Shown: one piece after another, positions 1 through 9,784 of the stretch
How the letters are laid out: every line of letters starts with the position of its first letter
Numbering within the stretch: the stretch's first letter is position 1
Translations under genes and position numbers: made by a program
IMG/VR virus record: IMGVR_UViG_3300044811_000031
Coordinates: 23,792-87,791 of that record
DNA: 64,000 nucleotides
Strand: one strand, 5' to 3'
Source: a virus
The notes under the pieces: generated by a model
The model's database searches: none
The model's input: only the letters and a program-made list of their open reading frames with translations
What the model was told of the DNA's origin: nothing

Positions 1-1
1 C

Positions 2-625
2 CGCCGGGCGCCCGCTCCGGTCGCTGCCGCTGCCGAGACCGTGGATCTCCACGGCACCCGGGGCGACCCCGGGTACGGCTCCATGCACCCCGGCAATGCG
101 GGCAAGGGCAAGGAGCGCCTGGACTCCGGCGGCATGGTCGGCAGCCCCGACTACACCGCCAAGGAGCATCAGGACGCGCTGTCCGACTACACCATCGACA
201 CGCTGGACGTCGGCACCTACCTGCGCACCGGCGAGACCAACCCCGGCGCCGACACCGAGAAGCTGAAGCGGCAGATCGACGTCCTGAGCGACCTCATCGA
301 CGTCCAGGACCGGACCGGGGAGGACCAGACCCTCTACCGGGGCGCCAAATCCATGCCCGACCTGGTCGTGGGGGACGTCTTCCACGACCGGTCGTTCACG
401 AGTACGTCGACTGCGGAGCGCCAGGCCCAGAAGCACGTCAAGTCGTACAAAGGCCAGGGACAGCTCATCACGGTCCATCTCCCCGCCGGATCCAAGGGGC
501 TCAAGGTGGCTGAGGTGGAGCCCTGGGGCGACAGCGAGAAGGAGTTCATACTCCCGGCGGGCACCAGGTTCCGGGTGACCGGCCGGTCACCCGACGGGGG
601 TCTGCAAGTCGAGGTGATCGAATGA
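2..625 (+). CDS. 5'-truncated gene ending in a VIP2/C3-like ADP-ribosyltransferase domain (probably a MuF-like minor head protein fusion)
   Basis: Frame is open from base 2; R-S-E ART motifs TLYRG, FTSTS, SEKEFILP; directly upstream of the capsid protease. Confidence 0.8.
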   Translation, partial: RRAPAPVAAAAETVDLHGTRGDPGYGSMHPGNAGKGKERLDSGGMVGSPDYTAKEHQDALSDYTIDTLDVGTYLRTGETNPGADTEKLKRQIDVLSDLIDVQDRTGEDQTLYRGAKSMPDLVVGDVFHDRSFTSTSTAERQAQKHVKSYKGQGQLITVHLPAGSKGLKVAEVEPWGDSEKEFILPAGTRFRVTGRSPDGGLQVEVIE

Positions 626-2337
626 CCAGCGATGCCCAGCGGCGGATGTCCTGGCTTCCTGGGGATATCGTGCTGGAACCCGGCGCTCCCCGTAAGGAGA
701 GCCTGTCAGCCGACCAGCAGGGAGGGCCCGTGCCCTGGCACAAGGTCCAGAACCATTCTGAGTGCTCAGCGGACAAGCCCTGGGCCGTAGTGAAGGACTC
801 CGACGGATCCGTGGCCGGGTGCCACGCCTCCGAGGGCGATGCCGACAGTCAGCTGGCCGCTCTCTACGCCAACGAAGGGAAGGCGACCACCGTGGCCGAA
901 GAGCTTGGCGGGAAGCCGACAGAAGGTACCAAGAAGGACAAGCGGCTGAAGCCGAACAAGATGGCTGAGGAGCCGGTGGAGACCGAAGAGACCGAGCCCC
1001 TGACCCTGGGCCAGGTGGTCGAGCAGCAGCTCGCCGCGAAGGCCGCCGCCCTGGAGGCGCCCGCCATTCCCGAGGACGCCACCACCGCCCCCTGGAAGGG
1101 ACCGCTCGCCGTCGAGGGCAAGGTCACCGGGGACGGACGGGAGTTCGCCGCCGACGCCCTCACCTGGGCAGAGCCCCCGCTCCCGCTCCGCTGGAACAAG
1201 GAGGACTCCCACGGTGGAGACCCCCACACCGTGGCGGTCAACGTCGGCCGCATCGACAAGGTCTACCGCGAGAGCGGCCTGATCATGGGCGAGGGCGTGC
1301 TCAACCTGGCGGAGACCGACGGCCAGCGGGTGCACGACATGATCAAGGGCGGCTTCATCCGGGGCGTGTCCATCGACGCCGACTCGATCAGCGATGCGCA
1401 GATCGAGTACGTCATGCCCGAGGACACCCCCACCGGCGACGACGCCGATCTGTTCGACCTGCTGATGACCCAGCCCGAGAAGATCGTCTTCCACGGTGGG
1501 CGGATCAGGGCGGCGACCCTGTGCGACATCCCCGCCTTTGCCGAGGCGTACATCGCCCTCACCGACGACGAGGGTGCCATCGTCGCCGGAGGTGCCCCGA
1601 CCGACAAGGTCCAGGTCCACTCGGTCTACGCCCGCACGGTCGACGGCCTGGTCGCTGACGCCGGTGGTCCCCGCGACACCAACTGGCTCCCCCCGGCCGA
1701 GTGGTTCTCCGACCCCAAGCTGTCCGTCCCCACCGGCATCACCGTGGACGACCACGGCCGCATCTACGGCCACGCGGCCATGTGGGGGGCGTGCCACATC
1801 GGGCAGGCCGACGTGTGCATCCAGCCGCCGCACGAGGACCAGCACCCGTACTACATGACCGGCGAGGTCAAGACCCGCGAGGGTGACCGGGTCGCCGTCG
1901 GGCAGATCACCGTCGGCACGGGTCACGCGTCCCTCAGCCTGGGGGCGCAGCCCGCTGCCGAGCACTACGAGCACACCGGCCACGCCGTGGCGGACGTCGC
2001 TGTCGGCAACGATGCCCACGGCATCTGGGTCGCCGGGTCCATCCGGCCGGGGGCCGACCCGCTGCTCGTCCACGAGCTGCGCGCCAGCGGTCAGGTCTCC
2101 GGAGACTGGCGTCGCATCGGTGGCCAGATGCGGATGGTCGGGCTGCTCGCGGTCAACATCCCCGGCTTCCCCGTGCCCCGGGCCCGGGCCCTGGTCTCCA
2201 GCGGATCGCAGGTCGCCCTGGTGGCCGCCGGTCGGCCGACCGTCGCCCATGCCAAGTCGGAGAAGGAGATCATCCAGCAGGCGTTCCGCGTGATGATGGA
2301 CGGCATGGCTGGAATCGTTCATGAAGGGAGGGACTGA
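622..2337 (+). CDS. Capsid maturation protease (cluster-B-like)
   Basis: 571 aa; WKGPLAVEGKVTGDGREF, IRGVSID, IRAATLCDIPAF, VSGDWR; precedes the major capsid gene. Confidence 0.7.
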   Translation: MTSDAQRRMSWLPGDIVLEPGAPRKESLSADQQGGPVPWHKVQNHSECSADKPWAVVKDSDGSVAGCHASEGDADSQLAALYANEGKATTVAEELGGKPTEGTKKDKRLKPNKMAEEPVETEETEPLTLGQVVEQQLAAKAAALEAPAIPEDATTAPWKGPLAVEGKVTGDGREFAADALTWAEPPLPLRWNKEDSHGGDPHTVAVNVGRIDKVYRESGLIMGEGVLNLAETDGQRVHDMIKGGFIRGVSIDADSISDAQIEYVMPEDTPTGDDADLFDLLMTQPEKIVFHGGRIRAATLCDIPAFAEAYIALTDDEGAIVAGGAPTDKVQVHSVYARTVDGLVADAGGPRDTNWLPPAEWFSDPKLSVPTGITVDDHGRIYGHAAMWGACHIGQADVCIQPPHEDQHPYYMTGEVKTREGDRVAVGQITVGTGHASLSLGAQPAAEHYEHTGHAVADVAVGNDAHGIWVAGSIRPGADPLLVHELRASGQVSGDWRRIGGQMRMVGLLAVNIPGFPVPRARALVSSGSQVALVAAGRPTVAHAKSEKEIIQQAFRVMMDGMAGIVHEGRD

Positions 2338-2338
2338 C

Positions 2339-2404
2339 ATGTGCGGCTGCAACCAACCGGCTCCCCCGCCCCCGCCCGCGCCTCCGGCGCCCGACCACAC
2401 CTGA
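2339..2404 (+). CDS. 21-aa micro-ORF MCGCNQPAPPPPPAPPAPDHT
   Basis: GAAGGGAGG RBS; starts just after the protease stop; followed by a terminator. Confidence 0.55.
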   Translation: MCGCNQPAPPPPPAPPAPDHT

Positions 2405-2407
2405 TCA

Positions 2408-2447
2408 CCAGGAGCCCCATCGTTCACCCGGTGGGGCTCCTGGCTTT
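2408..2447 (+). terminator. Intrinsic terminator hairpin
   Basis: CCAGGAGCCCCATCG-loop-CGGTGGGGCTCCTGG followed by CTTT. Confidence 0.7.
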
Positions 2448-2568
2448 CCATGGTCCGGATGGGCCTCAGCTTTATTTTCACTGGTCGAACTAAGTATATG
2501 ATCTTTGGCTCCTGGGGATTTTTGCGCTACCTTGACCCCGACCAACATCCATTACGCTCTCCGCGTCT

Positions 2569-4389
2569 ATGCCGGAGGTCCCCGTGCCCGAGCCGTTCGA
2601 GCCGTCCGCACTCTTCCCCGCCCCGGATGACCTCGTTCCGGTCTCCGACGTGGATCTGTCCAATCTGGAGACCGAGGGGATCGCGGAGTTCGACCGCGTC
2701 CACGCGATCACCGACTACACGCCGGAGATGGTGGCCTACGCCATGACTCTCCGCGAAGACCTCGACCGCATCAAGGCCGAGCTGAGCGCCCGTAAGGTCC
2801 GCGCGGACTCGACTGCCGCCGCAGCCAAGCTGCGTGCGCAGAAGACCATGACGGAACTCCAGGAGGCCGTGCACGGACCGGCGGAGGGAACTCCGGAGGG
2901 TGCGGCTCACGAGACTGAGATGACCGCCAAGCGTGAGGACGCCATCGCTGCCGCAGCGGCCAAGGGTGCTACCGCAGCCCTGGTCCAGGTACTGGCCGAC
3001 CGGCGCAACGGAGCGGCCCTCACCGAGTCCGGCGCCCGCGCCGTGGCCTCCCTGAGCACGACCGCCGCCACGACCCCCAAGCCGAAGGCCCCGACCGCCA
3101 AGCTGGCCATCACCGCCAGCGCCAACGGTTCGGACATCCCGAGCATGGAGGCCCTCGCCGCCGCGTTCATGGACAAGGCGACCAACATCCCCTCGACCTC
3201 GCTCGGACGCCAGGCCCCCCGTCACAAGGTCGCCAGCATCCGCAACGAGCACGCCCACACCGTGGACGACCGCCGCAACCCCATGCAGGTCCAGGAGATC
3301 TGGCGCGAGCTGGTCAACGGTGGCGGTGACACTGCCGAGGCTCTCGTCGCCGGTGGTGGCTGGTGTGCCCCGAACGAGATCATGTACGACTTCTTCAACA
3401 TCGCCGGTCAGCCGAGGACCATCGACCTCCCGACCATCGGCGTGACGCGCGGCGGCATCCAGTTCCCGACGTCGCCCGCCATCGGTGATGTGTTCTTCCA
3501 GGCCGGTGGCAGCAACCCGGCCTCCGGCTTCGGCGGCTTCGCGTTCCCGTTCAACAACGCGTCCGACCCGTGGCTGTGGTCCGAGACCGATGACATCCTC
3601 ACCGTCACCGGCTCCGTCAACAAGCCGACCCTCCGGATCCCGTGCTCGTCCTTCACCAGCCAGCGCCTTGAGGCCTACGGTCTCACCGTCACCGCTGGCA
3701 ACCTGACCGACAGCGCGTACCCCGAGCAGACGCAGAACTTCATCCGGCTGCTCCGTGCGGCCTACGCCCACGCGATCAACGCGCGGCTCATCGGCCTGAT
3801 GGTCACCGCCTCCGGCGGTGCCAACACCGTCGGTGCGGTCACCACTGACGCAGCCGTGCCCCGCGTCCCGAACGCGGTCGGCCTGGCAGCGACGGACTAC
3901 CGGACCCGCTTCGCCATGGACGAGAACGCGGTCCTTGAGGTCGTGCTCCCGTTCTGGCTCCTGGAGGTCATGCGTGCGGACCTCGGCTACAAGCCCGGCC
4001 TGAACAACCTGGCTCTCGCCGCCGCCACGGACGCCGAGATCATCGGCCTCTTCACGGCGAAGAACGTCCGCCCGCAGTTCGTCAGCGACTGGCAGGTGCG
4101 CGGAGCCAACCAGCTCGGCAACGCGACCGTCCAGCTCGTGTGGCCTGCCTCGGTCCAGTTCATGCTCTACGCGGCCGGGACCTTCGTCCACGGCCAGGGC
4201 ATGAGCCTCGACCTCGGTGTCGTCAGGGACTCGATCCTGAACGCGGAGAACGACTTCACCGCCGCATGGGCGGAGGAGACCCACCTGATCGCTCAGGTAG
4301 GCCACGCTTCCCGCCTGTACACCTGCGCCTTCCAGGTCAGCGGCCAGGTCGGCGGCGCAGTCGCCACGCCCAACGGCGCCCACGTCTGA
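2569..4389 (+). CDS. Major capsid (hexamer-type) protein with N-terminal scaffold-like region
   Basis: 606 aa; LVAGGGWCAPNEIMYD motif of Rosebush-like capsids; helical N-terminus. Confidence 0.8.
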   Translation: MPEVPVPEPFEPSALFPAPDDLVPVSDVDLSNLETEGIAEFDRVHAITDYTPEMVAYAMTLREDLDRIKAELSARKVRADSTAAAAKLRAQKTMTELQEAVHGPAEGTPEGAAHETEMTAKREDAIAAAAAKGATAALVQVLADRRNGAALTESGARAVASLSTTAATTPKPKAPTAKLAITASANGSDIPSMEALAAAFMDKATNIPSTSLGRQAPRHKVASIRNEHAHTVDDRRNPMQVQEIWRELVNGGGDTAEALVAGGGWCAPNEIMYDFFNIAGQPRTIDLPTIGVTRGGIQFPTSPAIGDVFFQAGGSNPASGFGGFAFPFNNASDPWLWSETDDILTVTGSVNKPTLRIPCSSFTSQRLEAYGLTVTAGNLTDSAYPEQTQNFIRLLRAAYAHAINARLIGLMVTASGGANTVGAVTTDAAVPRVPNAVGLAATDYRTRFAMDENAVLEVVLPFWLLEVMRADLGYKPGLNNLALAAATDAEIIGLFTAKNVRPQFVSDWQVRGANQLGNATVQLVWPASVQFMLYAAGTFVHGQGMSLDLGVVRDSILNAENDFTAAWAEETHLIAQVGHASRLYTCAFQVSGQVGGAVATPNGAHV

Positions 4390-4409
4390 TCCGCCCCCAC
4401 ATCCGCACA

Positions 4410-4438
4410 GGAGGGGCAGCTACCACCGCTGCCCCTCC
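4410..4438 (+). terminator. Stem-loop after the major capsid gene
   Basis: GGAGGGGCAGC-TACCACC-GCTGCCCCTCC inverted repeat, no U tract. Confidence 0.5.
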
Positions 4439-4460
4439 CGGACAGGGAAGGTGGTGACCC

Positions 4461-5378
4461 ATGGCCGGACCGCGCATCGTTGTCGACGGACCGTCCTTCA
4501 CCGCGCTCCCGTACGGTCTGTGGGACGCGGTCCAGAAGCCGACGGCTCCCAACTCGCACTGGCAGAACGGCATCACCTGGGTCGACCGTTGCGGTGGCGG
4601 TGACACGCTGTACGAGGAGTGCATCGCGGTCACCGGCACCGGCGGCGCGCCCACGGGCCAGGCCGCCAAGGTGAGCAACATCACCCAGACCAACCGGGGC
4701 GCCACCAGCTTCGCGGTGTACGCCGAGTTCGACTGCTCCGCCGTTGGCCTGACCGATGCCGAGACCGTAGCGGCCGACGCTCTGGCCCGGGTCGAGCAGT
4801 ACCAGGTCGAGCGTGCGTTCTGGACCGGCATCGCCGGTAAGACGTCGTCCGGCGGGGTGCCGCAGACCACTGTGTTCCCCCACCTGGCGGCCGTCACCGC
4901 GATGACCGACCCCAACGACAGCCGCATCACCCTCCAGACCGCCGCCACTCAGATCGTCACCGGCGGTGGGGACATCGCCCACCAGCTCGGCAACCTGGAA
5001 GCCCAGCTCGCCGATTGCTACCACGGCCAGGGTGTGATCCACGTCGCTCCCGAGGTCGTGGCGACCATGGCCGCCTGGGACCTCGCCGAGGACGACGGCA
5101 ACGGCGCTCTGTACACCCCCCGGGGCAACAGGATCGTCGTCGGGGACGGCTACACCGGCGGCTCCCCGGTCGGCGGCGCGGCGGCCGACCAGACGAGCTG
5201 GATCTACGCCACCGGGGCTCTGTTCGGCTACCGCAGCGACATCTTCATCCCCGGCTCGACCATCGAGCAGTTCGACCGCGTCGAGAACACGTACCGTCTG
5301 ATCGCCGAGCGCACCTATGTGATCGGCTTCGAGTGCTGCCACCTCGCCACGCTCGTCAATCTGGGCGTCCCCACATAA
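4461..5378 (+). CDS. Second capsid protein (pentamer-type)
   Basis: 305 aa; PYGL, HWQNGI, VERAFW, TPRGNRIVVGDGY, LIAERTY; follows the major capsid gene. Confidence 0.65.
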   Translation: MAGPRIVVDGPSFTALPYGLWDAVQKPTAPNSHWQNGITWVDRCGGGDTLYEECIAVTGTGGAPTGQAAKVSNITQTNRGATSFAVYAEFDCSAVGLTDAETVAADALARVEQYQVERAFWTGIAGKTSSGGVPQTTVFPHLAAVTAMTDPNDSRITLQTAATQIVTGGGDIAHQLGNLEAQLADCYHGQGVIHVAPEVVATMAAWDLAEDDGNGALYTPRGNRIVVGDGYTGGSPVGGAAADQTSWIYATGALFGYRSDIFIPGSTIEQFDRVENTYRLIAERTYVIGFECCHLATLVNLGVPT

Positions 5379-5389
5379 GGAGTTGAACC

Positions 5390-6094
5390 GTGGCCACTAC
5401 GTCTAACTGTGCAGCTCCGATCAAGGGGACGCACTACCGCATGGTCAAGGTCGACGTCTGCGGTAACCCGGTTACCGGCGCGTCGTCCGTGCAGGTCATC
5501 AGCAAGGCGTTCGTCCAGGTCGTCATGGACCCGCAGTACGAGGACGGTGTCGAGTTCTTCGAGCGCACCGCCGACGGCTCGGTCTGCGTCAACCAGAAGG
5601 ACGACCCGGTACTGAAGCGCTTCAACCTGACGATCGACTTCTGTGAGGTCAACGTCACCGGCGCGGCGTACATGATGAGCGCCCGAGAGCTGGCCGTCAC
5701 CAACACCGGCTACGGCTTCGCCGTGGCGGAGGGTGTGCCGAGCAACCGGTACAGCCTGGAGGTCTGGCAGCAGGTCGCCGGTTCCGGCGCCTGTGACGCC
5801 TCCGGTCTCCAGCGCTACATCTACCACGCCTGGCCGAACGTCGGCGCCACCAAGATCGGCGGGTACACGATCGAGAACGGCCGGTCCACTCTCCAGCTCA
5901 TGTCGGAGACCCGCGCCGGTAGCTCGACCGCTGTCACCGGCTGGCTCGACGGTCCCGGCACCGGCACCACCTGGCTCCCGGCCGGAGCGGCGAACGCCGT
6001 CGGTGGCGGCACCGGCGCGCTCGACCACTGGATGTGGAACATCACCACCACGCCTCCGCCCACCGCCGCCTGCTCCCCGGTGACCCTGACGTGA
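5390..6094 (+). CDS. Major tail (tube) protein
   Basis: 234 aa; PIKG, VDVCG, YSLEVW; position in the structural operon. Confidence 0.65.
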   Translation: MATTSNCAAPIKGTHYRMVKVDVCGNPVTGASSVQVISKAFVQVVMDPQYEDGVEFFERTADGSVCVNQKDDPVLKRFNLTIDFCEVNVTGAAYMMSARELAVTNTGYGFAVAEGVPSNRYSLEVWQQVAGSGACDASGLQRYIYHAWPNVGATKIGGYTIENGRSTLQLMSETRAGSSTAVTGWLDGPGTGTTWLPAGAANAVGGGTGALDHWMWNITTTPPPTAACSPVTLT

Positions 6095-6396
6095 TCCCCG
6101 ACCTGGGCAGGGTGGCAGTCAAGTGGTTCTGCCCGTCGTGCACCGCATACGCGGTCACGTACGGGCAGGCCAACCGCTTCCACCTGTGCCCGGGCCTGGC
6201 GGGCATCACCGCTCCGATGCTCCCGGTCGGCTCTAAGGCTACGGTCGTAGCGCATGAGCGCGAGGACTACATCGGTAACGCCGACGTCCAGCTCGATGGC
6301 AACGGCCGCCCGATCATGAACGTTGAGACCGTCCGCGAGGACGGCACTGATCTGATCGTCTTCGCTCCAACAGTGCACATGCGAATCGAGGTGTGA
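6091..6396 (+). CDS. Hypothetical protein with CxxC..HxC
   Basis: GTG overlaps the previous stop (GTGA coupling). Confidence 0.6.
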   Translation: MIPDLGRVAVKWFCPSCTAYAVTYGQANRFHLCPGLAGITAPMLPVGSKATVVAHEREDYIGNADVQLDGNGRPIMNVETVREDGTDLIVFAPTVHMRIEV

Positions 6397-6400
6397 CCCC

Positions 6401-6913
6401 GTGGCCTGGACCGAGAGCCGGATCTTCCAAGAGTGGCCGAAGTCGGTGTTCGGCCAGGGCCAGACTGCTGCCGTGCTCCCGGCCGCCTACGCGGGCCTGG
6501 GTGCCGACTCAGTCAAGTTCGCCCTGTTCGGGGGCAACACCCCGGACCGCACCGTGGCCATCACCGCCACCGGCTACAACGCTGCCGGATCCCAGTGGGT
6601 CGTCGCCAACGAGAAGACCGGTGGTGGCTCGTCCGCGTGGGTGACCGCCGGGCGCGTCCTGGCGTCCAAGACTTTCACCACCCCGTCCACCGGCGTGTTC
6701 ATGTTCGATGCGGCCGACCTCACCGACGCCGCCGCGTCCACCATGTCCGGTGTTGAGGGCGGCCTCGTCTTCGATGACACGATCACCGTCGGCACCGGCG
6801 GCATCGCCAAGCAGGGTGTCTGCTACAACTGGTTCGGCGGCTCCCAGTCGGTCACGGCCGGAACTTTTTCGGTCGTTTTCAACGCCAACGGCATCCTCCG
6901 CATAACGGTCTGA
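6401..6913 (+). CDS. Putative virion structural protein
   Basis: 170 aa, Gly/Thr/Ala-rich, beta-rich; GAGGT RBS. Confidence 0.6.
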   Translation: MAWTESRIFQEWPKSVFGQGQTAAVLPAAYAGLGADSVKFALFGGNTPDRTVAITATGYNAAGSQWVVANEKTGGGSSAWVTAGRVLASKTFTTPSTGVFMFDAADLTDAAASTMSGVEGGLVFDDTITVGTGGIAKQGVCYNWFGGSQSVTAGTFSVVFNANGILRITV

Positions 6914-6955
6914 CCTGGGGTTACGCCTCTTAACCGGGTACGGTAAACTGTACCC

Positions 6956-7609
6956 ATGAAGACGTGCGAGGGTTGTGGAGCAGGGCTGGTTTACAACGGG
7001 AGGGGTCGGCCTCCGAGCCGGTTCTGCTCCCGGAAGTGCAAGGACGCGGTCAAGCATCAGGAGAAGCGGGCGGCCAAGGTCGCCGAACTAGGTGAGAGGA
7101 AGTGTCCGGTCTGTGGAAACGTCATCCCGGACACTGTCACTCTCAAGGCGGTGTGCTGCTCCCGAGAATGCGGGATCGCTCACCAGAATCGGATCAGAGC
7201 CGAACGTAAGATCAAAAAGTTCGAGGCCCGGAACCCGCTCTGTGAGCGCTGCGGGCTGCCGATCCCGTCTGGCGTCGGCCGCACCAAGTTCTGCTCGTGG
7301 GAGTGCAAGCACGCCGCGATGGGTGCCCGGTACCGTGCCAGTCATCCCCGCCCGCAGCTCGTCTACAACTACGGAATCACCGAAGATCAGTATCAGGCGA
7401 TGCTCGAAGATCAGGGCAATGCGTGCGCGATCTGCGGGAGCCCCGAATGGCCTGCTGGATTGCACCCCGGCAGCCCTCACGTCGACCATGATCACGCGAC
7501 GGGCGCTGTCCGGGGGCTGCTCTGTGGACACTGCAATCAAGGACTCGGGATGTTCCGTGATGACCCCGTTCGCCTCCGTGCTGCTGCTGCGTACCTCGAC
7601 GGCCCGTAG
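6956..7609 (+). CDS. Endonuclease VII-family (HNH) endonuclease with N-terminal Zn-finger repeats
   Basis: YGIT..QY, CAICG, HVDHDH..G.VRGLLC..CN..LG; repeated FCS..C motifs. Confidence 0.85.
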   Translation: MKTCEGCGAGLVYNGRGRPPSRFCSRKCKDAVKHQEKRAAKVAELGERKCPVCGNVIPDTVTLKAVCCSRECGIAHQNRIRAERKIKKFEARNPLCERCGLPIPSGVGRTKFCSWECKHAAMGARYRASHPRPQLVYNYGITEDQYQAMLEDQGNACAICGSPEWPAGLHPGSPHVDHDHATGAVRGLLCGHCNQGLGMFRDDPVRLRAAAAYLDGP

Positions 7610-7639
7610 TATCACCGTCTGACCGGAGGGTGGTGAGCG

Positions 7640-9784
7640 ATGGCTGTCGCCTGGCGTGCCAACGGCTCGATCACCTCCGGCAGCACCGCCAACCCCGCCG
7701 CAGCATCCACCATCCCGGCCAGCGCGGTCGATGGGGACATGCTGGTCATGGCGGTGCTGACCCGCAACACGACGCCCCCCACCGTCACCACGCCCTCCGG
7801 CTGGAACCTGCTCGGCAGCATCCAGGGCGGCACGGGCGCCTTCGCGGCTGACGCCGGGCTGGTCCTGCTCACTCTGTTTTCGCGGATCTTCGTCACCGGC
7901 GACACCGCCCCGGCGCCCGCCCTATCGGCCGCGCCCGACAACGCCATGGTCGGGATCACCGCCTTCAGCAAGGGAGCCACCGAGACCTGGGTGACGCCCC
8001 GGCTGTCCACGGCCTCCAGCTCCACCGGCTCCGCCAGTACGTACTCCCCCTCCACCGGCACCCCCGTGCCGACGTTCCAGCCCGGGGACATGGTCTGGTG
8101 CGTGGACGCGATCAACGGAGACATCGGCACCTGGGCTGCTCCGGCCGGTACCCTCACCGCCACCGGCGTCACCTTCGGAACCATCACCAACCGCTTCGCC
8201 ACGCCTAACGGCCTGGGCACCGGCGACAGCCGCATGGACGGCTCGTCCATGCCGTACACCAGCGGCACCGCCTCCGCCGGTCTCGTCCGCTCGGTCAGCT
8301 ACACCGTGGGTGGCGCCAGCACGTGTGGCTCCTCCGGATACGTGCAGCTCTCCGTCACCGTCCAAGCCACCAGCACGGATGCGGCCAGCACCGGTGCGGC
8401 GGCCGACTCCACCGCCGGTATGGAGATGCTGCCCACGGCGGCCAACGGCGCCACCGGTGCGGCGGCCGACGCACAGGGCCAGCTGAGCACGCTGCCCACG
8501 GCGGCCAACGGCGCCACCGGCACGGCGTACGACGCGGTCGCCCAGACGTCCTCCGGAGTCACGGCCCTGCCGGACACTCCGGGCGGCACGGGCACGGCGC
8601 AGGACATGTCCGCCGCCCTGTCCGCCCTGCCGGACGCTCCGGCCGGGACAGGTGCGGCGCAGGACATGTCCGTCGCCCTGTCCGCCCTGCCGGACACCCC
8701 GGCCGGGACCGGCGTAGCGGCCGACGCACAGGCGCAGCTGAGCACGCTGCCCACGGCGGCCAACGGCGCCACCGGCACGGCTGCGGACATGTCCACCGCG
8801 CTGTCCGTCCTGCCGGACACTCCGTCCGGTACCGGCGTGGCTCTCGACGCCCCGCTCACGATCGCCGCTGGGGGCCTCGCCTCCGGGACAGGTACCGCGA
8901 GCGACTCCTCCGCTGGGCTGAGCGCGCTACCGGACACCCCTGCGGCCACGGGTACCAGCCTGGGGGCCACAGCCTCTCAGGAGGGAGCCTCGGGAGTTTC
9001 CACCGCCACGGGTGCGGCGGCCGACGGACAGGCTCAGATCACTGTCCTGCCGGACACCCCGGCCGGTACCGGCACGGCTCTCGACGCGGTCGCCCAAGCG
9101 GGCAGTGGGATCACGGCTCAGGCGGACATCGCCTCCGGCACCGGCGCCGCGCAGGACATGTCCGTCGCCCTGTCCGTCCTGCCGGACACTCCGTCCGGGA
9201 CGGGCGCCGGACAGGACGCCTCCGCTGGCGCAGGTGTCCTGCCCGACACTCCGGTGGGAGCCGGTGCCGCGTCCGGTCCTGTGGCGTCCCTGGGTGCCCT
9301 GCCGGACACGCCCTCGGGGGCCGGTGCCGCGTCCGGCCCTATGGCGCCCGAGGAAGCCCTGCCAGGCACCGGCCAGGCTACCGGCGCGGCGGCCGACGGG
9401 ACAGCCGGTATCGCCGCCCTGCCCGACGCTCCGGCCGGTACCGGCACGGCCCACGACGCGACCGCGCAGACCATCACCGGGACCGTCGCCAACGCGGGGA
9501 CCGCGAGCGCCACCGGCGCGGCAGCCGACGACTTCACGGCCATCATGGTCAACGCGGGCTTCCCCACCGCCGTGGCGGACGCCTTCGGCATCGGCGTCCC
9601 GGTCACCGGCAGCGAGGACGTCTCCGGCCGGGAGCCGGTGGGCGCCGTGTCCGGCCGCCGCAGCGACGTCAACTCCGCGACCGGCCGGGAGCCCGGCGGG
9701 ACATTCGGCTCAGCGACGGTAACCTCAGCTCAGGGCCGGGAGCCCTCACCATCCGCTTCAGGCCGGGAGGCTGGTCATCAGTGA
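7640..9784 (+). CDS. Ala/Gly/Thr/Ser-rich repeat virion protein (fiber or decoration)
   Basis: 714 aa; many ~21-aa LPDTP.GTG.A.D repeats; C-terminal GREP repeats; N-terminal domain resembles the start of 17988. Confidence 0.7.
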   Translation: MAVAWRANGSITSGSTANPAAASTIPASAVDGDMLVMAVLTRNTTPPTVTTPSGWNLLGSIQGGTGAFAADAGLVLLTLFSRIFVTGDTAPAPALSAAPDNAMVGITAFSKGATETWVTPRLSTASSSTGSASTYSPSTGTPVPTFQPGDMVWCVDAINGDIGTWAAPAGTLTATGVTFGTITNRFATPNGLGTGDSRMDGSSMPYTSGTASAGLVRSVSYTVGGASTCGSSGYVQLSVTVQATSTDAASTGAAADSTAGMEMLPTAANGATGAAADAQGQLSTLPTAANGATGTAYDAVAQTSSGVTALPDTPGGTGTAQDMSAALSALPDAPAGTGAAQDMSVALSALPDTPAGTGVAADAQAQLSTLPTAANGATGTAADMSTALSVLPDTPSGTGVALDAPLTIAAGGLASGTGTASDSSAGLSALPDTPAATGTSLGATASQEGASGVSTATGAAADGQAQITVLPDTPAGTGTALDAVAQAGSGITAQADIASGTGAAQDMSVALSVLPDTPSGTGAGQDASAGAGVLPDTPVGAGAASGPVASLGALPDTPSGAGAASGPMAPEEALPGTGQATGAAADGTAGIAALPDAPAGTGTAHDATAQTITGTVANAGTASATGAAADDFTAIMVNAGFPTAVADAFGIGVPVTGSEDVSGREPVGAVSGRRSDVNSATGREPGGTFGSATVTSAQGREPSPSASGREAGHQ

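Noticed and set aside
2468-2525. Late promoter before the major capsid gene
   Set aside because: AT-rich and plausible, but no -35/-10 pair with proper spacing could be fixed
8380-9500. DNA repeats resembling a CRISPR or tandem array
   Set aside because: In-frame coding repeats of the 7640 protein; no unique spacers or cas operon
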